Assembly (NCBI GenBank): GCA_963422395.1
Contig: OY729431.1
Span: 2,784,001 to 2,848,000 of the forward strand
Direction of reading: 5' to 3'
DNA length: 64,000 nucleotides
DNA from: Vicinamibacteria bacterium
Lineage (GTDB): Bacteria; Acidobacteriota; Vicinamibacteria; Marinacidobacterales; Marinacidobacteraceae
The notes under the pieces were generated by a model. That model was not told the origin of the DNA, made no database searches, and worked only from the letters and a program-made list of their open reading frames with translations. Numbering within the stretch: position 1 is the first letter of the stretch; each line of letters opens with the position of its first letter. Both the position numbers and the translations under genes were made by a program. Shown in pieces: positions 29,781 to 38,695 of this stretch.

Positions 29781-30560
29781 GTGGCTTCGGCTCGGAGTAT
29801 CCGCCGGACCGCCCGGGCGGTGGTGGGCACCCTCGGAATCGCGCTGACGCTGCCTCTGCTCCTCATCGCGGGGCTCGTTCTCATCCCCCTCGGGGATCTG
29901 TTCAGCGGCCGCCGCCGGCTGGGCTATGAAATCGGCCGGCGCATCGTCGGGGTGTGTTGGCGCATCGTCGGGATCCAGATGGTGGAGCGGGACCGATGGC
30001 GGATCGAGCCCATGGAAACCCGGGTGTACATGCTCAACCACGAATCTCTGCTGGACATGCCACAGGTGCTCTACCTGTTACCCGGCGCGAACGGCACCCT
30101 GATCAAACAGGAGGCGTTCCGGGTGCCTCTCGTGGGTTGGGCTTTCCGGGCGGTTGGCTTCACACCCGTCCACCGCAAGAACCCAGTGGCCGCACAGAAG
30201 AGCCTGCGCCATGCTGTAGAAGCCGTCATCGCGGGGAGATCGTTCGTGATCGCACCCGAGGGGACGAGAAGCCGAACGGGGCGGCTCGGCCGCTTCAAGG
30301 TCGGAGGGTTCCGGATCGCCATCGAGGCCGGAGTCCCCGTCGCGCCCATCACCGTGCGGGGGGCAAGAGAAACCATGCCGCCCGGTTCGCGGCTCGTGTA
30401 CCCCGGGATCATCGAAGTGCGCTATCACGACCCGGTGGAAACGACGGGCCTGGATGCGAAGGATCGACGCCAGGTAACACAATTGAGCGACCAGGTGCGC
30501 CGCGCGATCGGGAGCGGCCTCGGAAGAGGAGGATCCGCAGGGGCCTCGGACCTCGACTAG
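29781..30560 (+). CDS. Lysophospholipid acyltransferase (PlsC family); start approximate
   Basis: NHESLLD (HX4D) and APEGTRS motifs. Confidence 0.9.
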   Translation: MASARSIRRTARAVVGTLGIALTLPLLLIAGLVLIPLGDLFSGRRRLGYEIGRRIVGVCWRIVGIQMVERDRWRIEPMETRVYMLNHESLLDMPQVLYLLPGANGTLIKQEAFRVPLVGWAFRAVGFTPVHRKNPVAAQKSLRHAVEAVIAGRSFVIAPEGTRSRTGRLGRFKVGGFRIAIEAGVPVAPITVRGARETMPPGSRLVYPGIIEVRYHDPVETTGLDAKDRRQVTQLSDQVRRAIGSGLGRGGSAGASDLD

Positions 30561-30580
30561 AATTCGAGGTTCGGCACCGT

Positions 30581-30781
30581 TAGCAGTCAGCCGGGATGCA
30601 TCGCCGGTCGCTCCGAGCGGGGTCGAATATGGTCCCGCGAGCACGCCGGAGAGTGAGGGCTCCCGGTCGGGATCCATCCGATATCCCTCCTGCATGGCAC
30701 CTCGTCCGCCGCGCACCCGCCACCACCGGGAGAACGGGTCCGTGCTCGGGGCTCGCGGCATTCCATCCACAAGTCTGTTGG
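30581..30781. repeat. Degenerate MITE-family copy (~200 bp)
   Basis: Begins TAGCAGTC, contains CCACCGGGAGAAC, ends GGGGCTCGCGGCATTCCATCCACAAGTCTGTTGG; same length class as the intact copies. Confidence 0.55.
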
Positions 30782-30794
30782 TAATCTGATCAGG

Positions 30795-31541
30795 GTGTAC
30801 CGGTCCGAACGAACACTCGTCTTTCTCCGCCACGGCGAAAGCGTCTGGAACCGGGAGAATCGGTTCACCGGTTGGGCGGATGTCCCCTTGACGGCAACGG
30901 GCACCCAGCAGGCGCGCCGGGCCGGAGAACGACTCCTGGCGGCGCAGATCGCTCCGGTGGCGGCCTACGCATCCATGCTGAAGCGGGCGATCCACACGCT
31001 GCGGGAAGTGCTCGACCAGCTGGATCGCCCGTGGCTCCCGACCCGCTTCGCCCTGGAACTGAACGAGCGCCACTATGGCGCGCTGCAGGGGAAGGACAAG
31101 GCGGAGACGGAACGCCGCTACGGCGTGGAGCAGACGGCTGCCTGGAGGCGCGGTTTCGCCGAGACCCCTCCGCTCATCGCGCCAGACGACCCGCGAAATC
31201 CTCGTTTCGACCGGCGATATGCCGGAGTGCCCGAAGACAGTCTGCCCCGAGGCGAGTCACTGCAAGCCACCCTTCGCCGGGTCGTCCCGTACTGGGAGCG
31301 GGTGATCGCCCCCGTTCTCGAAACCGGACCCGTTCTGGTGGTGGCGCATGGCAACAGCCTCAGGGCGCTCGCCATGCACCTCGAGGGCATCGGTCCGGAA
31401 GCGATCCGGGAACGGAACATCCCGACCGCGATCCCGCTCGTCTATCGGCTCGACAGCGCCCTCGGCGTGCGCAACCGGAGGTATCTCGCCGATGACGAAG
31501 AGCTCGCTGCCGGGTTGGAGCGAGCCGAACAACGCCCCTGA
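30795..31541 (+). CDS. gpmA: 2,3-bisphosphoglycerate-dependent phosphoglycerate mutase
   Basis: LRHGESVWN..NRFTGWADV, LNERHYGALQG, AHGNSLRAL. Confidence 0.95.
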   Translation: MYRSERTLVFLRHGESVWNRENRFTGWADVPLTATGTQQARRAGERLLAAQIAPVAAYASMLKRAIHTLREVLDQLDRPWLPTRFALELNERHYGALQGKDKAETERRYGVEQTAAWRRGFAETPPLIAPDDPRNPRFDRRYAGVPEDSLPRGESLQATLRRVVPYWERVIAPVLETGPVLVVAHGNSLRALAMHLEGIGPEAIRERNIPTAIPLVYRLDSALGVRNRRYLADDEELAAGLERAEQRP

Positions 31542-31626
31542 TGGCTCCCTGCCGACTGCATCTCCCTGTTGACGGGAGCAGTGCCTAGAAGCGGCGTGGG
31601 GGCGCCTGCCCGAAGGCTCGCCGGCC

Positions 31627-32448
31627 TCACCCGCTAGTGGAGGCAGTCGAAGTCGAGGCAGGGCGTCCGAGTCCGAGGTTCGTCTTGCCGCGGAAGGAGC
31701 GGTACCCATGTTCCCGCAGCAGGGCTCCGAGGGCATCCTCGCCGTCCTCGCGGCACCGGGTGGCTGCACCCACCGAGAGGATCGTCTCCGATTCGGCGGC
31801 AGCGGCCTCGACCGCCTCCATCACTTCGGGCACCCGTTCCATGCCCACCTTGATCTCCACGATGGCGGAGAGCACCCGTTCCCCGAGCAGGTCCTCCCGA
31901 ATCGCACCGGTCGCCACATCGCTCATGAGGTTGGTCACCGGGTTCTTCTCTTCGAAAGAAACCCCGAGAGCGGCGAGCCGCTGCGTAACCCGGTCCATGT
32001 CGGCGAAGGTCGCGGTAACCCCCGGCCGGCCGAACTCCACCGTCATCCCGCATTCACCGACCGAGACCCTCCCGGTGACATCGTTGGTCTTCACCTCTTC
32101 GGTGCCTCGGCCGTGGACTCCGGTGGCTTCGTGGGAGACCAGCGGGTCGCTGAACGCCCGGCGCACGACCCGCGGCCAGGTCAGCTCCTGCGGTTCGATC
32201 GCCGAGGTCGGACAGATGTCCGGCTCGGGGTCGAAGCGCAGCCGGAGCCAGCCGAGCACCCGGCGGACCGCGCGGAGCAGCGTCGGGTTCAGCCGCTCGG
32301 TGCTGAGGCCGCGATAACAGCTGAAACACTCGACGCACTGGTCCGAATCCACCGCGGCGCGACCATCGTCCTCGATGCGGATCGCCGAGACCGGACAGAC
32401 GGCGACACAGTTCCCGCAGCCGACGCAGCGGCTCTTCGAGATCCGCAT
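31627..32448 (-). CDS. 4Fe-4S dicluster-domain protein with uncharacterised C-terminal domain
   Basis: CVGCGNCVAVCP and CVECFSC...ICP; HGRGTEEVKTNDVTGR. Confidence 0.8.
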   Translation of the reverse strand: MRISKSRCVGCGNCVAVCPVSAIRIEDDGRAAVDSDQCVECFSCYRGLSTERLNPTLLRAVRRVLGWLRLRFDPEPDICPTSAIEPQELTWPRVVRRAFSDPLVSHEATGVHGRGTEEVKTNDVTGRVSVGECGMTVEFGRPGVTATFADMDRVTQRLAALGVSFEEKNPVTNLMSDVATGAIREDLLGERVLSAIVEIKVGMERVPEVMEAVEAAAAESETILSVGAATRCREDGEDALGALLREHGYRSFRGKTNLGLGRPASTSTASTSG

Positions 32449-32450
32449 CG

Positions 32451-33788
32451 TCAGCTCTCCCCCGAATCCCTGGTCTCGAGGGTGTACTCGCCGAGGTGGG
32501 TGATGACTTCCTCTCCCATCAGATAGCGCAGGGTGTTCGTCAGCTTCTTGCGCTGGATGAACAGGTCGTGCTCGGGATACACCCCCGGCTTGCTCATCGG
32601 GCTCTTGAAGAAGAACGACAGCCACTCCTGCACCCCGCGGAGGCCGGCACGCGCGGCGAGATCGAGCAGGAGCGCGAGGTCGAGGACCAGCGGGGCCGCG
32701 AGGATCGAATCGCGGCAGAGGAAATCCACCTTGATCTGCATCTCGTACCCGAGCCAGCCGAAGATGTCGATGTTGTCCCAGCCTTCCTTGTTGTCGCGCC
32801 GCGGCGGGTAGTAGTTGATGCGGACCTTGTGGTAGAGGTCGCCGTAGAGATCCGGGTACTTGTCGGGCTGCAGGATGTACTCGAGCACGCTCAGCTTGCT
32901 CTCTTCCTTGGTTCGGAACGAGCCGGGATCGTCCAGCACTTCGCCGTCGCGGTTGCCGAGGATGTTCGTGGAGAACCAGCCGCTCAGACCGAGCATCCGC
33001 GCCTTCAGCCCCGGCGCGAGGATGGTCTTCATGAGCGTCTGCCCGGTCTTGAAGTCCTTGCCGGCCACCGCCGCGCCGCGCTCCGAAGCGAGCTGGCGGA
33101 GTGCCGGAATATCGGCGCTCAGGTTCGGGGCGCCGTTCGCGTAAGGAATACCGCAGCGCAAGGCGGCGTACGCATAGATCATGCTCGGAGCGATGTCGGG
33201 GGAGTTCTCCCGCAGGCCGCGCTCGAAGCTCTCGATATCCCGATGGACCTCCGATTCCTCGAGAAAGGTTTCGGTAGAGCCGCACCAGATCATCACCGCT
33301 CGCGCGGCGCCCGACGCCTCCCGCGCCCGCTCGATGTCCTCCATGAGCATCTTCGCTAGATCCATCCGGTTGGCGCCCTTCTTGACGAACGGCCCATCGA
33401 GCTTCTTCACGTATTCGCGGTCGAAAACGGCCTCCATGGGCTGGATCCCCGAAAGCTCTTCCCGGACCGAATCCAGGAGCGCCGGTTCGAGAACCCCGGC
33501 CTTCCGGGCGGCGGTGTAGGCATCGTCGGCGAACACATCCCAAGCGGCGAACGAGAGATCGTCCATGGCGCAGAGCGGCACGAAATCCCGGATCAGCGGA
33601 GCACGCCCTTCGGTGCGCCGCCCGAGCCGGATCGCGCCCATCTGCGTCACCGAACCGATCGGGGCCGCAAGGCCCTTGCGGATCGCGTGAACTCCAGCGA
33701 TGAAGGTCGTGCTGACCGCCCCGAGACCCGGCAACAGCACCATCAGCCCGCCTTCGGCAGGAGCCACCTCGAATCGCTGCTTCGGCAT
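32451..33788 (-). CDS. ino1: Myo-inositol-1-phosphate synthase
   Basis: GLGAVSTT, WCGSTE, NGAPN, GKDFKTGQT, NILGNRDG, CRDSILAAPL. Confidence 0.93.
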   Translation of the reverse strand: MPKQRFEVAPAEGGLMVLLPGLGAVSTTFIAGVHAIRKGLAAPIGSVTQMGAIRLGRRTEGRAPLIRDFVPLCAMDDLSFAAWDVFADDAYTAARKAGVLEPALLDSVREELSGIQPMEAVFDREYVKKLDGPFVKKGANRMDLAKMLMEDIERAREASGAARAVMIWCGSTETFLEESEVHRDIESFERGLRENSPDIAPSMIYAYAALRCGIPYANGAPNLSADIPALRQLASERGAAVAGKDFKTGQTLMKTILAPGLKARMLGLSGWFSTNILGNRDGEVLDDPGSFRTKEESKLSVLEYILQPDKYPDLYGDLYHKVRINYYPPRRDNKEGWDNIDIFGWLGYEMQIKVDFLCRDSILAAPLVLDLALLLDLAARAGLRGVQEWLSFFFKSPMSKPGVYPEHDLFIQRKKLTNTLRYLMGEEVITHLGEYTLETRDSGES

Positions 33789-33925
33789 AACGGGCAGCGA
33801 AGTCTAGAACACGGCGGGGATTCCGGAGGCCGGCGCCTCCTGGACCGCGCTGGACCACCCCGAATCGGATCCCGCAAACGCTATCCTCCAACATGTCGCC
33901 TCCGGGTTCCCGGTCGCTCGACAAC

Positions 33926-35389
33926 ATGCGCCCGAGCGTCATTCGGCTTCTCTGCGGACTCCTGGCCGTGGTTTCGCTTTCTGCCTCCGCCGCCGCCGGG
34001 CAGCCTCTCCGGGAACTCCGGGTGATCCATCACGGCGATGCCTCGAAGCTGGCCATCCGCCAGTTCGGCGGGGTCGAGATGGTGCGCCTTTCGCGGATCG
34101 CCGACGCTCTCGAAGGCTCGCTCCGGCCCGGAGCCAGCGAACGGCAGGCGGTGCTGCGGGTGAGCGGTGAGACCCTCCGAGTGGAAGCAGGGCGCAGCTT
34201 CGTGATCGTGGGCCAGGCGACGCGCCTGCTGCGCAGCCCGAGCGTCCGCCGAGGCGGGGAGTGGTTCGTTCCCCTCGATTTCGTCTCTCGGGTGCTTCCC
34301 GATGTCCTGCCCGGCGAGAGTCGTTACGACCCTTCGGAACGGACCCTCGCCGTGGGCGAGGGGTATCCACAGCTCGCGGTGGCCATCGACAGCCGACCGA
34401 GCGCCACCCGGATCACCCTCGCGAGCGAGCCGCCGGTGCCCATGGAGATCGAGGAGAGAGAAGGCCGCGTTCTCGTCCAACTGCGGGTGGGCTTCCTCGA
34501 GACCGCCTTCCTGGGCGAGGCGACCCGCGACGGAGTCGTGGAACGGGTGGATCTGTCTCGCGCTGGCGAGGGGTACCTCCTCGAGATCACTACCGGCCGC
34601 AACTACGGCCGCCTGCTCCAGGATCGGGGGCGGGGGCGGCTGTCGATCGATCTCGTCCGCTCGGGGATGCGGGCCGAATCGGGCGCCGAAGTCCTTCCTC
34701 CGCGGCGAGAGCCGCCGGGGCCGCGGCGCCGAGACCCAGTGCGGCCCGGGGCCATCCGTGCCGTGGCCATCGATGCCGGCCACGGAGGCCCGGACCACGG
34801 AGCCCGGGGCCCCCGAGGGTTCGCGGAGAAGGATGTAGCACTCGCCGTGGCTCTGGCGCTCCGCGACCGGCTGGAAAACGATCACGGCCTCCAGGTGGTA
34901 TTGACCCGGAGCAGCGACCGCGGAATGGATCTCGACGACCGGACCGTCACCGCAAACGCCGCGGGGGCCGACCTGCTGGTGAGCATCCACTTGAACGCTT
35001 CACCCCATCCTGCCTCCTCGGGCAGCCTCGTGTACTACCGCTCGCCGGGCGGAGCGCCGCGGCCGGCGGCCGAGAGCGCGGTGTCCTTCGTCCCCTGGGA
35101 CGCCGCGCAGGCGCCGTTCGTTCCCGCGTCCCGTTCCCTCGCCGAAGCGCTGGCGGTAGAACTCGCTGTTCTCGCGATCCCGAGCCGGGGAATCGCCGAC
35201 GCCCCGCTGCGTATTCTCGGCAGTGCGGCCATGCCCGCAGTGCAGATCGAACTCGGATTCGTGACCTCGGCGCCGGACCGGGAATTCCTGATGCGGCCCG
35301 GGTTCGCCGACGAGGCGGCCGCAGCCCTGGCCGCGGGGATCCTCCGTTACCGGAGGAGCGGAAACGACATGCGACGGACGGGATCATGA
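33926..35389 (+). CDS. N-acetylmuramoyl-L-alanine amidase (Amidase_3); alternative start 33893
   Basis: Signal peptide; IDAGHGG, EKDVAL, LTRSSD, SIHLNA, MPAVQIELGF. Confidence 0.9.
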   Translation: MRPSVIRLLCGLLAVVSLSASAAAGQPLRELRVIHHGDASKLAIRQFGGVEMVRLSRIADALEGSLRPGASERQAVLRVSGETLRVEAGRSFVIVGQATRLLRSPSVRRGGEWFVPLDFVSRVLPDVLPGESRYDPSERTLAVGEGYPQLAVAIDSRPSATRITLASEPPVPMEIEEREGRVLVQLRVGFLETAFLGEATRDGVVERVDLSRAGEGYLLEITTGRNYGRLLQDRGRGRLSIDLVRSGMRAESGAEVLPPRREPPGPRRRDPVRPGAIRAVAIDAGHGGPDHGARGPRGFAEKDVALAVALALRDRLENDHGLQVVLTRSSDRGMDLDDRTVTANAAGADLLVSIHLNASPHPASSGSLVYYRSPGGAPRPAAESAVSFVPWDAAQAPFVPASRSLAEALAVELAVLAIPSRGIADAPLRILGSAAMPAVQIELGFVTSAPDREFLMRPGFADEAAAALAAGILRYRRSGNDMRRTGS

Positions 35390-36033
35390 CCGCGAAGAGC
35401 GATTCCGCGTCCGCACGTGCTCGGCCAGGATCGCTCTCTCTCATCGCCCTGTTGCTCGCCGCGGGCTCTGCCGGCTGCGGCGGCGCCCCGGAGGCTGCTT
35501 CTGCAGCGTCTCCGGCAGCCGACGACGCTCTCGCCGCGGAGGAGGAGAACGAAGAAACGCCGGTCCCGATGGCATCCGCGACGGCGCAGTCGCCGCCGGA
35601 CCATCTCCCCCCGACGGGAAAGATCCCCGAGGCCGGCCCCGACGGGCGGCTTCGATTCCGAGAGGTGGAGCTTCCCGATCTGCCCACCACCCGGGAGCGC
35701 GCCGAGGCTCTCGTTCGCAGAGTGGTGAACGAATCCGGGACCTTTCCGGACGAGGTACAGGTTCTGGATGTGTTCGTGAGCGGCCGCGGAATGGCGGTGG
35801 TCGACTTCACCCTCGACCTGGTGGAGGACCATCCCGGGGGCATCCACGCCGAGGAGCTGACGGTGTACAGCCTCAGCCACGCGCTGCTTTCGAGCTTTCC
35901 GGCGATCGCTCAGGTCCGGCTGCTCGTCGAGGGGCGGGAGAGCGAAACCCTCGCCGGGCACCTGGATCTCCGGGCCGGTTTCGGCAGGGCTCCGGACCGG
36001 CTGCTCGCCGATCCCGACGGTGGCGGCGGGTGA
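35386..36033 (+). CDS. GerMN-domain lipoprotein
   Basis: Lipobox SAGC; HPGG..AEELTVYSL...VRLLVEG..ETLAGHLDL; ATGA overlap. Confidence 0.85.
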   Translation: MTAKSDSASARARPGSLSLIALLLAAGSAGCGGAPEAASAASPAADDALAAEEENEETPVPMASATAQSPPDHLPPTGKIPEAGPDGRLRFREVELPDLPTTRERAEALVRRVVNESGTFPDEVQVLDVFVSGRGMAVVDFTLDLVEDHPGGIHAEELTVYSLSHALLSSFPAIAQVRLLVEGRESETLAGHLDLRAGFGRAPDRLLADPDGGGG

Positions 36034-36764
36034 AGCGGAGCGGCGGGCGCGGAGCGCGGGAACTTCGCCGCCTGGAGTTCCAGCCCGGTTTCCTGCGCCG
36101 CACTCCCGGCTCGGTGCTCGTTCGCCAGGGGCATACGCAGCTGGTCTGCGCGGTAGGCATCGAAGACAGTGTTCCGGGCTGGATCCGGGGGCGGGGCCGC
36201 GGCTGGATCACCGCCGAATACGGAATGCTGCCGCTTTCCTCGGGAGAACGGATCCGGCGAGACCGGAATGGAGTCCCCGGCCGCACGGCGGAGATCCAGC
36301 GCCTCATCGGCCGCGCCCTGCGGGCGGCGGTGGACCTCGCCGCGCTCGGAGAGCGCACGGTGCGGGTGGACTGCGATGTGATCGAGGCCGACGGCGGCAC
36401 CCGGACCGCAGCCGTCACCGGAGGGTTCGTGGCCCTCTCGCTGGCCTTGCACCGGCTTCAGCAGCAGGGGGTGCTCCGGGCTTCGCCGCTCCGCCGGCAG
36501 CTCGCCGCGGTGAGTGTCGGGATGGTGGACGGGGAGGTTCTGCTGGACCTCGACTACTCCGAGGACTCTCGCGCCTCGGTGGATCTCACCGTGGTCCAGG
36601 CCGCCGACGGCCCTTTGATCGAAGTGCAGGGCACCGCCGAGGCGGCACCCTTCAGTCGGCGGATACTGGACGACCTGCTCGACACCGCCGCCGTCGGGAT
36701 CACCCGTCTCACCAGCCGCCAGCGAGAAGTGCTCGCCGGCATTCCGTTGCCCGAGGGCAGCTGA
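36030..36764 (+). CDS. rph: Ribonuclease PH
   Basis: GWITAEYGMLP, GRTAEIQRLIGR, DCDVIEADGGTRTAA, LDLDYSED, EVQGTAE. Confidence 0.95.
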   Translation: MKRSGGRGARELRRLEFQPGFLRRTPGSVLVRQGHTQLVCAVGIEDSVPGWIRGRGRGWITAEYGMLPLSSGERIRRDRNGVPGRTAEIQRLIGRALRAAVDLAALGERTVRVDCDVIEADGGTRTAAVTGGFVALSLALHRLQQQGVLRASPLRRQLAAVSVGMVDGEVLLDLDYSEDSRASVDLTVVQAADGPLIEVQGTAEAAPFSRRILDDLLDTAAVGITRLTSRQREVLAGIPLPEGS

Positions 36765-36772
36765 GGCGGGGG

Positions 36773-37579
36773 ATGATCCCGCCCGGCGGGGAGCCGCGGT
36801 TGGTACTCGCCACCGGGAATCCGGGGAAGGTTCGCGAAATGCGTGCGGCACTCGCCGGGACGCCCGTCCGGCTGGTGTCTCTCGGGGACCTCGACGGCGC
36901 GCCTGCCGAAGAGCCCCCGGAGACCGGAGAGAGCTTTCTCGCCAATGCCGCGATCAAGGCCCTCTGCTACGAGGCGACGACGGGGATCCCCGCGCTCGCC
37001 GAGGACTCGGGCCTCGAGGTCGATGCGCTCGACGGTGGGCCTGGAGTCCGTTCCTCCCGCTGGTTGGGCCGGGAAACCCCCTATGTCGAAAAGAACCGGG
37101 CGCTGCTCGAACAGGTGGCGATCGATCCGGAGCAGCGGCGGGGCGCGCGCTACTGCTCGGCGGTAGCGATTGCGGCGACCGGCAGGATCGTCTTCCGGTC
37201 CGCCGGGGTGGTGGTAGGGCGAATCACTGCCGTTCCGCGCGGGAGCGGCGGATTCGGCTACGACCCGGTGTTCTTCCTGCCGGAGCGCGGCCGGACGATG
37301 GCGCAGCTGAGCCTGGCCGAGAAGCAGCGGATCAGCCATCGGGGGCGCGCGTTGCGGCCGGTGCGGGAATTCCTCCGTGCCGCCACCCTCGCCGAGCCCC
37401 CTATAATTCCCGGAGATTCTCGGGGCGTGGCGCAGTCTGGCAGCGCGCCTGCTTTGGGAGCAGGAGGCCGGAGGTTCGAATCCTCTCGCCCCGACCAGAG
37501 GGCGGGCCGACTCGGCGACGGCAGTTCTCCGCAGCCGGATCCGACGGAGCGCGGGAGCGCCAGTAGCTCAGCAGGATAG
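36773..37579 (+). CDS. rdgB: Non-canonical purine NTP pyrophosphatase (RdgB/HAM1); frame lacks a normal stop and runs across tRNA-Pro
   Basis: [37 protein letters not shown]. Homology ends near 37380. Confidence 0.88.
   Translation: MIPPGGEPRLVLATGNPGKVREMRAALAGTPVRLVSLGDLDGAPAEEPPETGESFLANAAIKALCYEATTGIPALAEDSGLEVDALDGGPGVRSSRWLGRETPYVEKNRALLEQVAIDPEQRRGARYCSAVAIAATGRIVFRSAGVVVGRITAVPRGSGGFGYDPVFFLPERGRTMAQLSLAEKQRISHRGRALRPVREFLRAATLAEPPIIPGDSRGVAQSGSAPALGAGGRRFESSRPDQRAGRLGDGSSPQPDPTERGSASSSAG
37402..37407 (+). promoter_or_regulatory. Consensus -10 box (TATAAT) of the tRNA-Pro/Arg/His cluster
   Basis: Perfect TATAAT 13 nt before tRNA-Pro. Confidence 0.65.
37421..37497 (+). tRNA. tRNA-Pro (TGG)
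   Basis: CGGGGCGTGGCGCAG...CCTGC TTTGGGA GCAGG...CGCCCCGACCA. Confidence 0.95.
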
Positions 37580-37630
37580 AGCGGCGGCCTTCTAAGCCGC
37601 GGGTCGGGGGTTCGAATCCTCCCTGGCGCG
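37557..37630 (+). tRNA. tRNA-Arg (TCT)
   Basis: GCGCCAGTAGCTCAG...GCGGC CTTCTAA GCCGC...CTGGCGCG. Confidence 0.95.
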
Positions 37631-37659
37631 CCGACCGGGGGCATCTCTCTTCCGTCGCT

Positions 37660-37732
37660 GGTGGATGTAGCTCAATGGCAGAGCACCGGATTGTGGTTCC
37701 GGTGGTTGGGGGTTCGAGTCCCCTCATCCACC
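37660..37732 (+). tRNA. tRNA-His (GTG)
   Basis: G-1, then GTGGATGTAGCTCAA...CCGGA TTGTGGT TCCGG...CATCCACC. Confidence 0.95.
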
Positions 37733-38695
37733 CCGGCGCTTCGGGGGGCAGCCCGACCGGAACTGCGGCGAACCGGGCTCCCGCCGCAGGTGGAGGCAGC
37801 CGAAGAGCGGCGCGAGCGGCGGCAGGTCGGAGCGGCCGGCCAAATAGCGGGCGGTCTGGTCGGCCGGCGAGTCGTGCTGCACGAGTTCCCAATCCTCTTC
37901 GAGAGCCAACTCGCGCAGCACCGCGGCAGGATCGAAAGCCGACAGCATGGGCTCTCCCAGGCGCGCCACGAACCGTTGCATCCTCCGCAGCAACACCCGA
38001 TCCTCGGAGGCCAGCCGGTCTCCTGCGATCAGGTAGTCGAAGGCGAGCTCCGAACCGGGCGCTGCGATCTCGGCGAGCTCGTCCAGGGTGCGGGCGATGG
38101 CGCCGGCGGTCAGATAGCAGGTGACTCCCATCCAGGTGAAGAAGGTCGGCTTCCCGCGGTCGAAACCCGAGGACGCCAACCGCTCTCCGAGGGAGTCGCG
38201 CTCGAAGTCCAGGGGCACGAACCGCAGCCGCGGCGGGCGGGCGATTCCGGCAGCCGCCATCCGTTCCTGTTTCAGCACCTGGGTCGCTTCGAGATCCGCT
38301 TCGAACACGGTGAGGGGAAGGTCGGGCCGGCGGAATGCGAACGTCTCGAAGCCCGAGCCGAGGAGCACGAGTTGGGAGACCCTCCGGCCGGCGGCCAGAA
38401 CGATCCGGTCTTCGGCGAAGCGGGCCCGGACCAGCGGCTGCATGGTGATCGGCATGAGCCCTCGCAGCACCACCCGGGAGTACATCCACTCGAGCGGGTT
38501 CGACTCGATGATGCGCCGCCAGCGCTTCCCGGCGAAGTGGATCGCCAAGCGGTCTTCGACGATCCAGGGGGGCGGGTGCCGGCGGAAGTGCAGCGCACGG
38601 ACCGCCGCCACCGCCGCTGCAGTCCGGCTGCCGCGCAACGGAGCGAGGGTCTTCGGACGGCGCCCTGCTCGGGGTCCGGAATCCGGTTCGGTCAT
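37724..38695 (-). CDS. Class I SAM-dependent methyltransferase (LCM/YktD-like)
   Basis: SRTAAAVAAVRA, RARFAED, QLVLLGSGFET, VFEAD, WMGVTCYL. Confidence 0.88.
   Translation of the reverse strand: MTEPDSGPRAGRRPKTLAPLRGSRTAAAVAAVRALHFRRHPPPWIVEDRLAIHFAGKRWRRIIESNPLEWMYSRVVLRGLMPITMQPLVRARFAEDRIVLAAGRRVSQLVLLGSGFETFAFRRPDLPLTVFEADLEATQVLKQERMAAAGIARPPRLRFVPLDFERDSLGERLASSGFDRGKPTFFTWMGVTCYLTAGAIARTLDELAEIAAPGSELAFDYLIAGDRLASEDRVLLRRMQRFVARLGEPMLSAFDPAAVLRELALEEDWELVQHDSPADQTARYLAGRSDLPPLAPLFGCLHLRREPGSPQFRSGCPPKRRGG

Noticed and set aside
36020-36772. Apparent 250-aa N-terminal extension of RdgB
   Set aside because: Alternate frame of rph; the real start is ATG 36773.
37724-37732. Methyltransferase stop overlapping the tRNA-His 3' end
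   Set aside because: Only a 9-nt convergent overlap; trivial.
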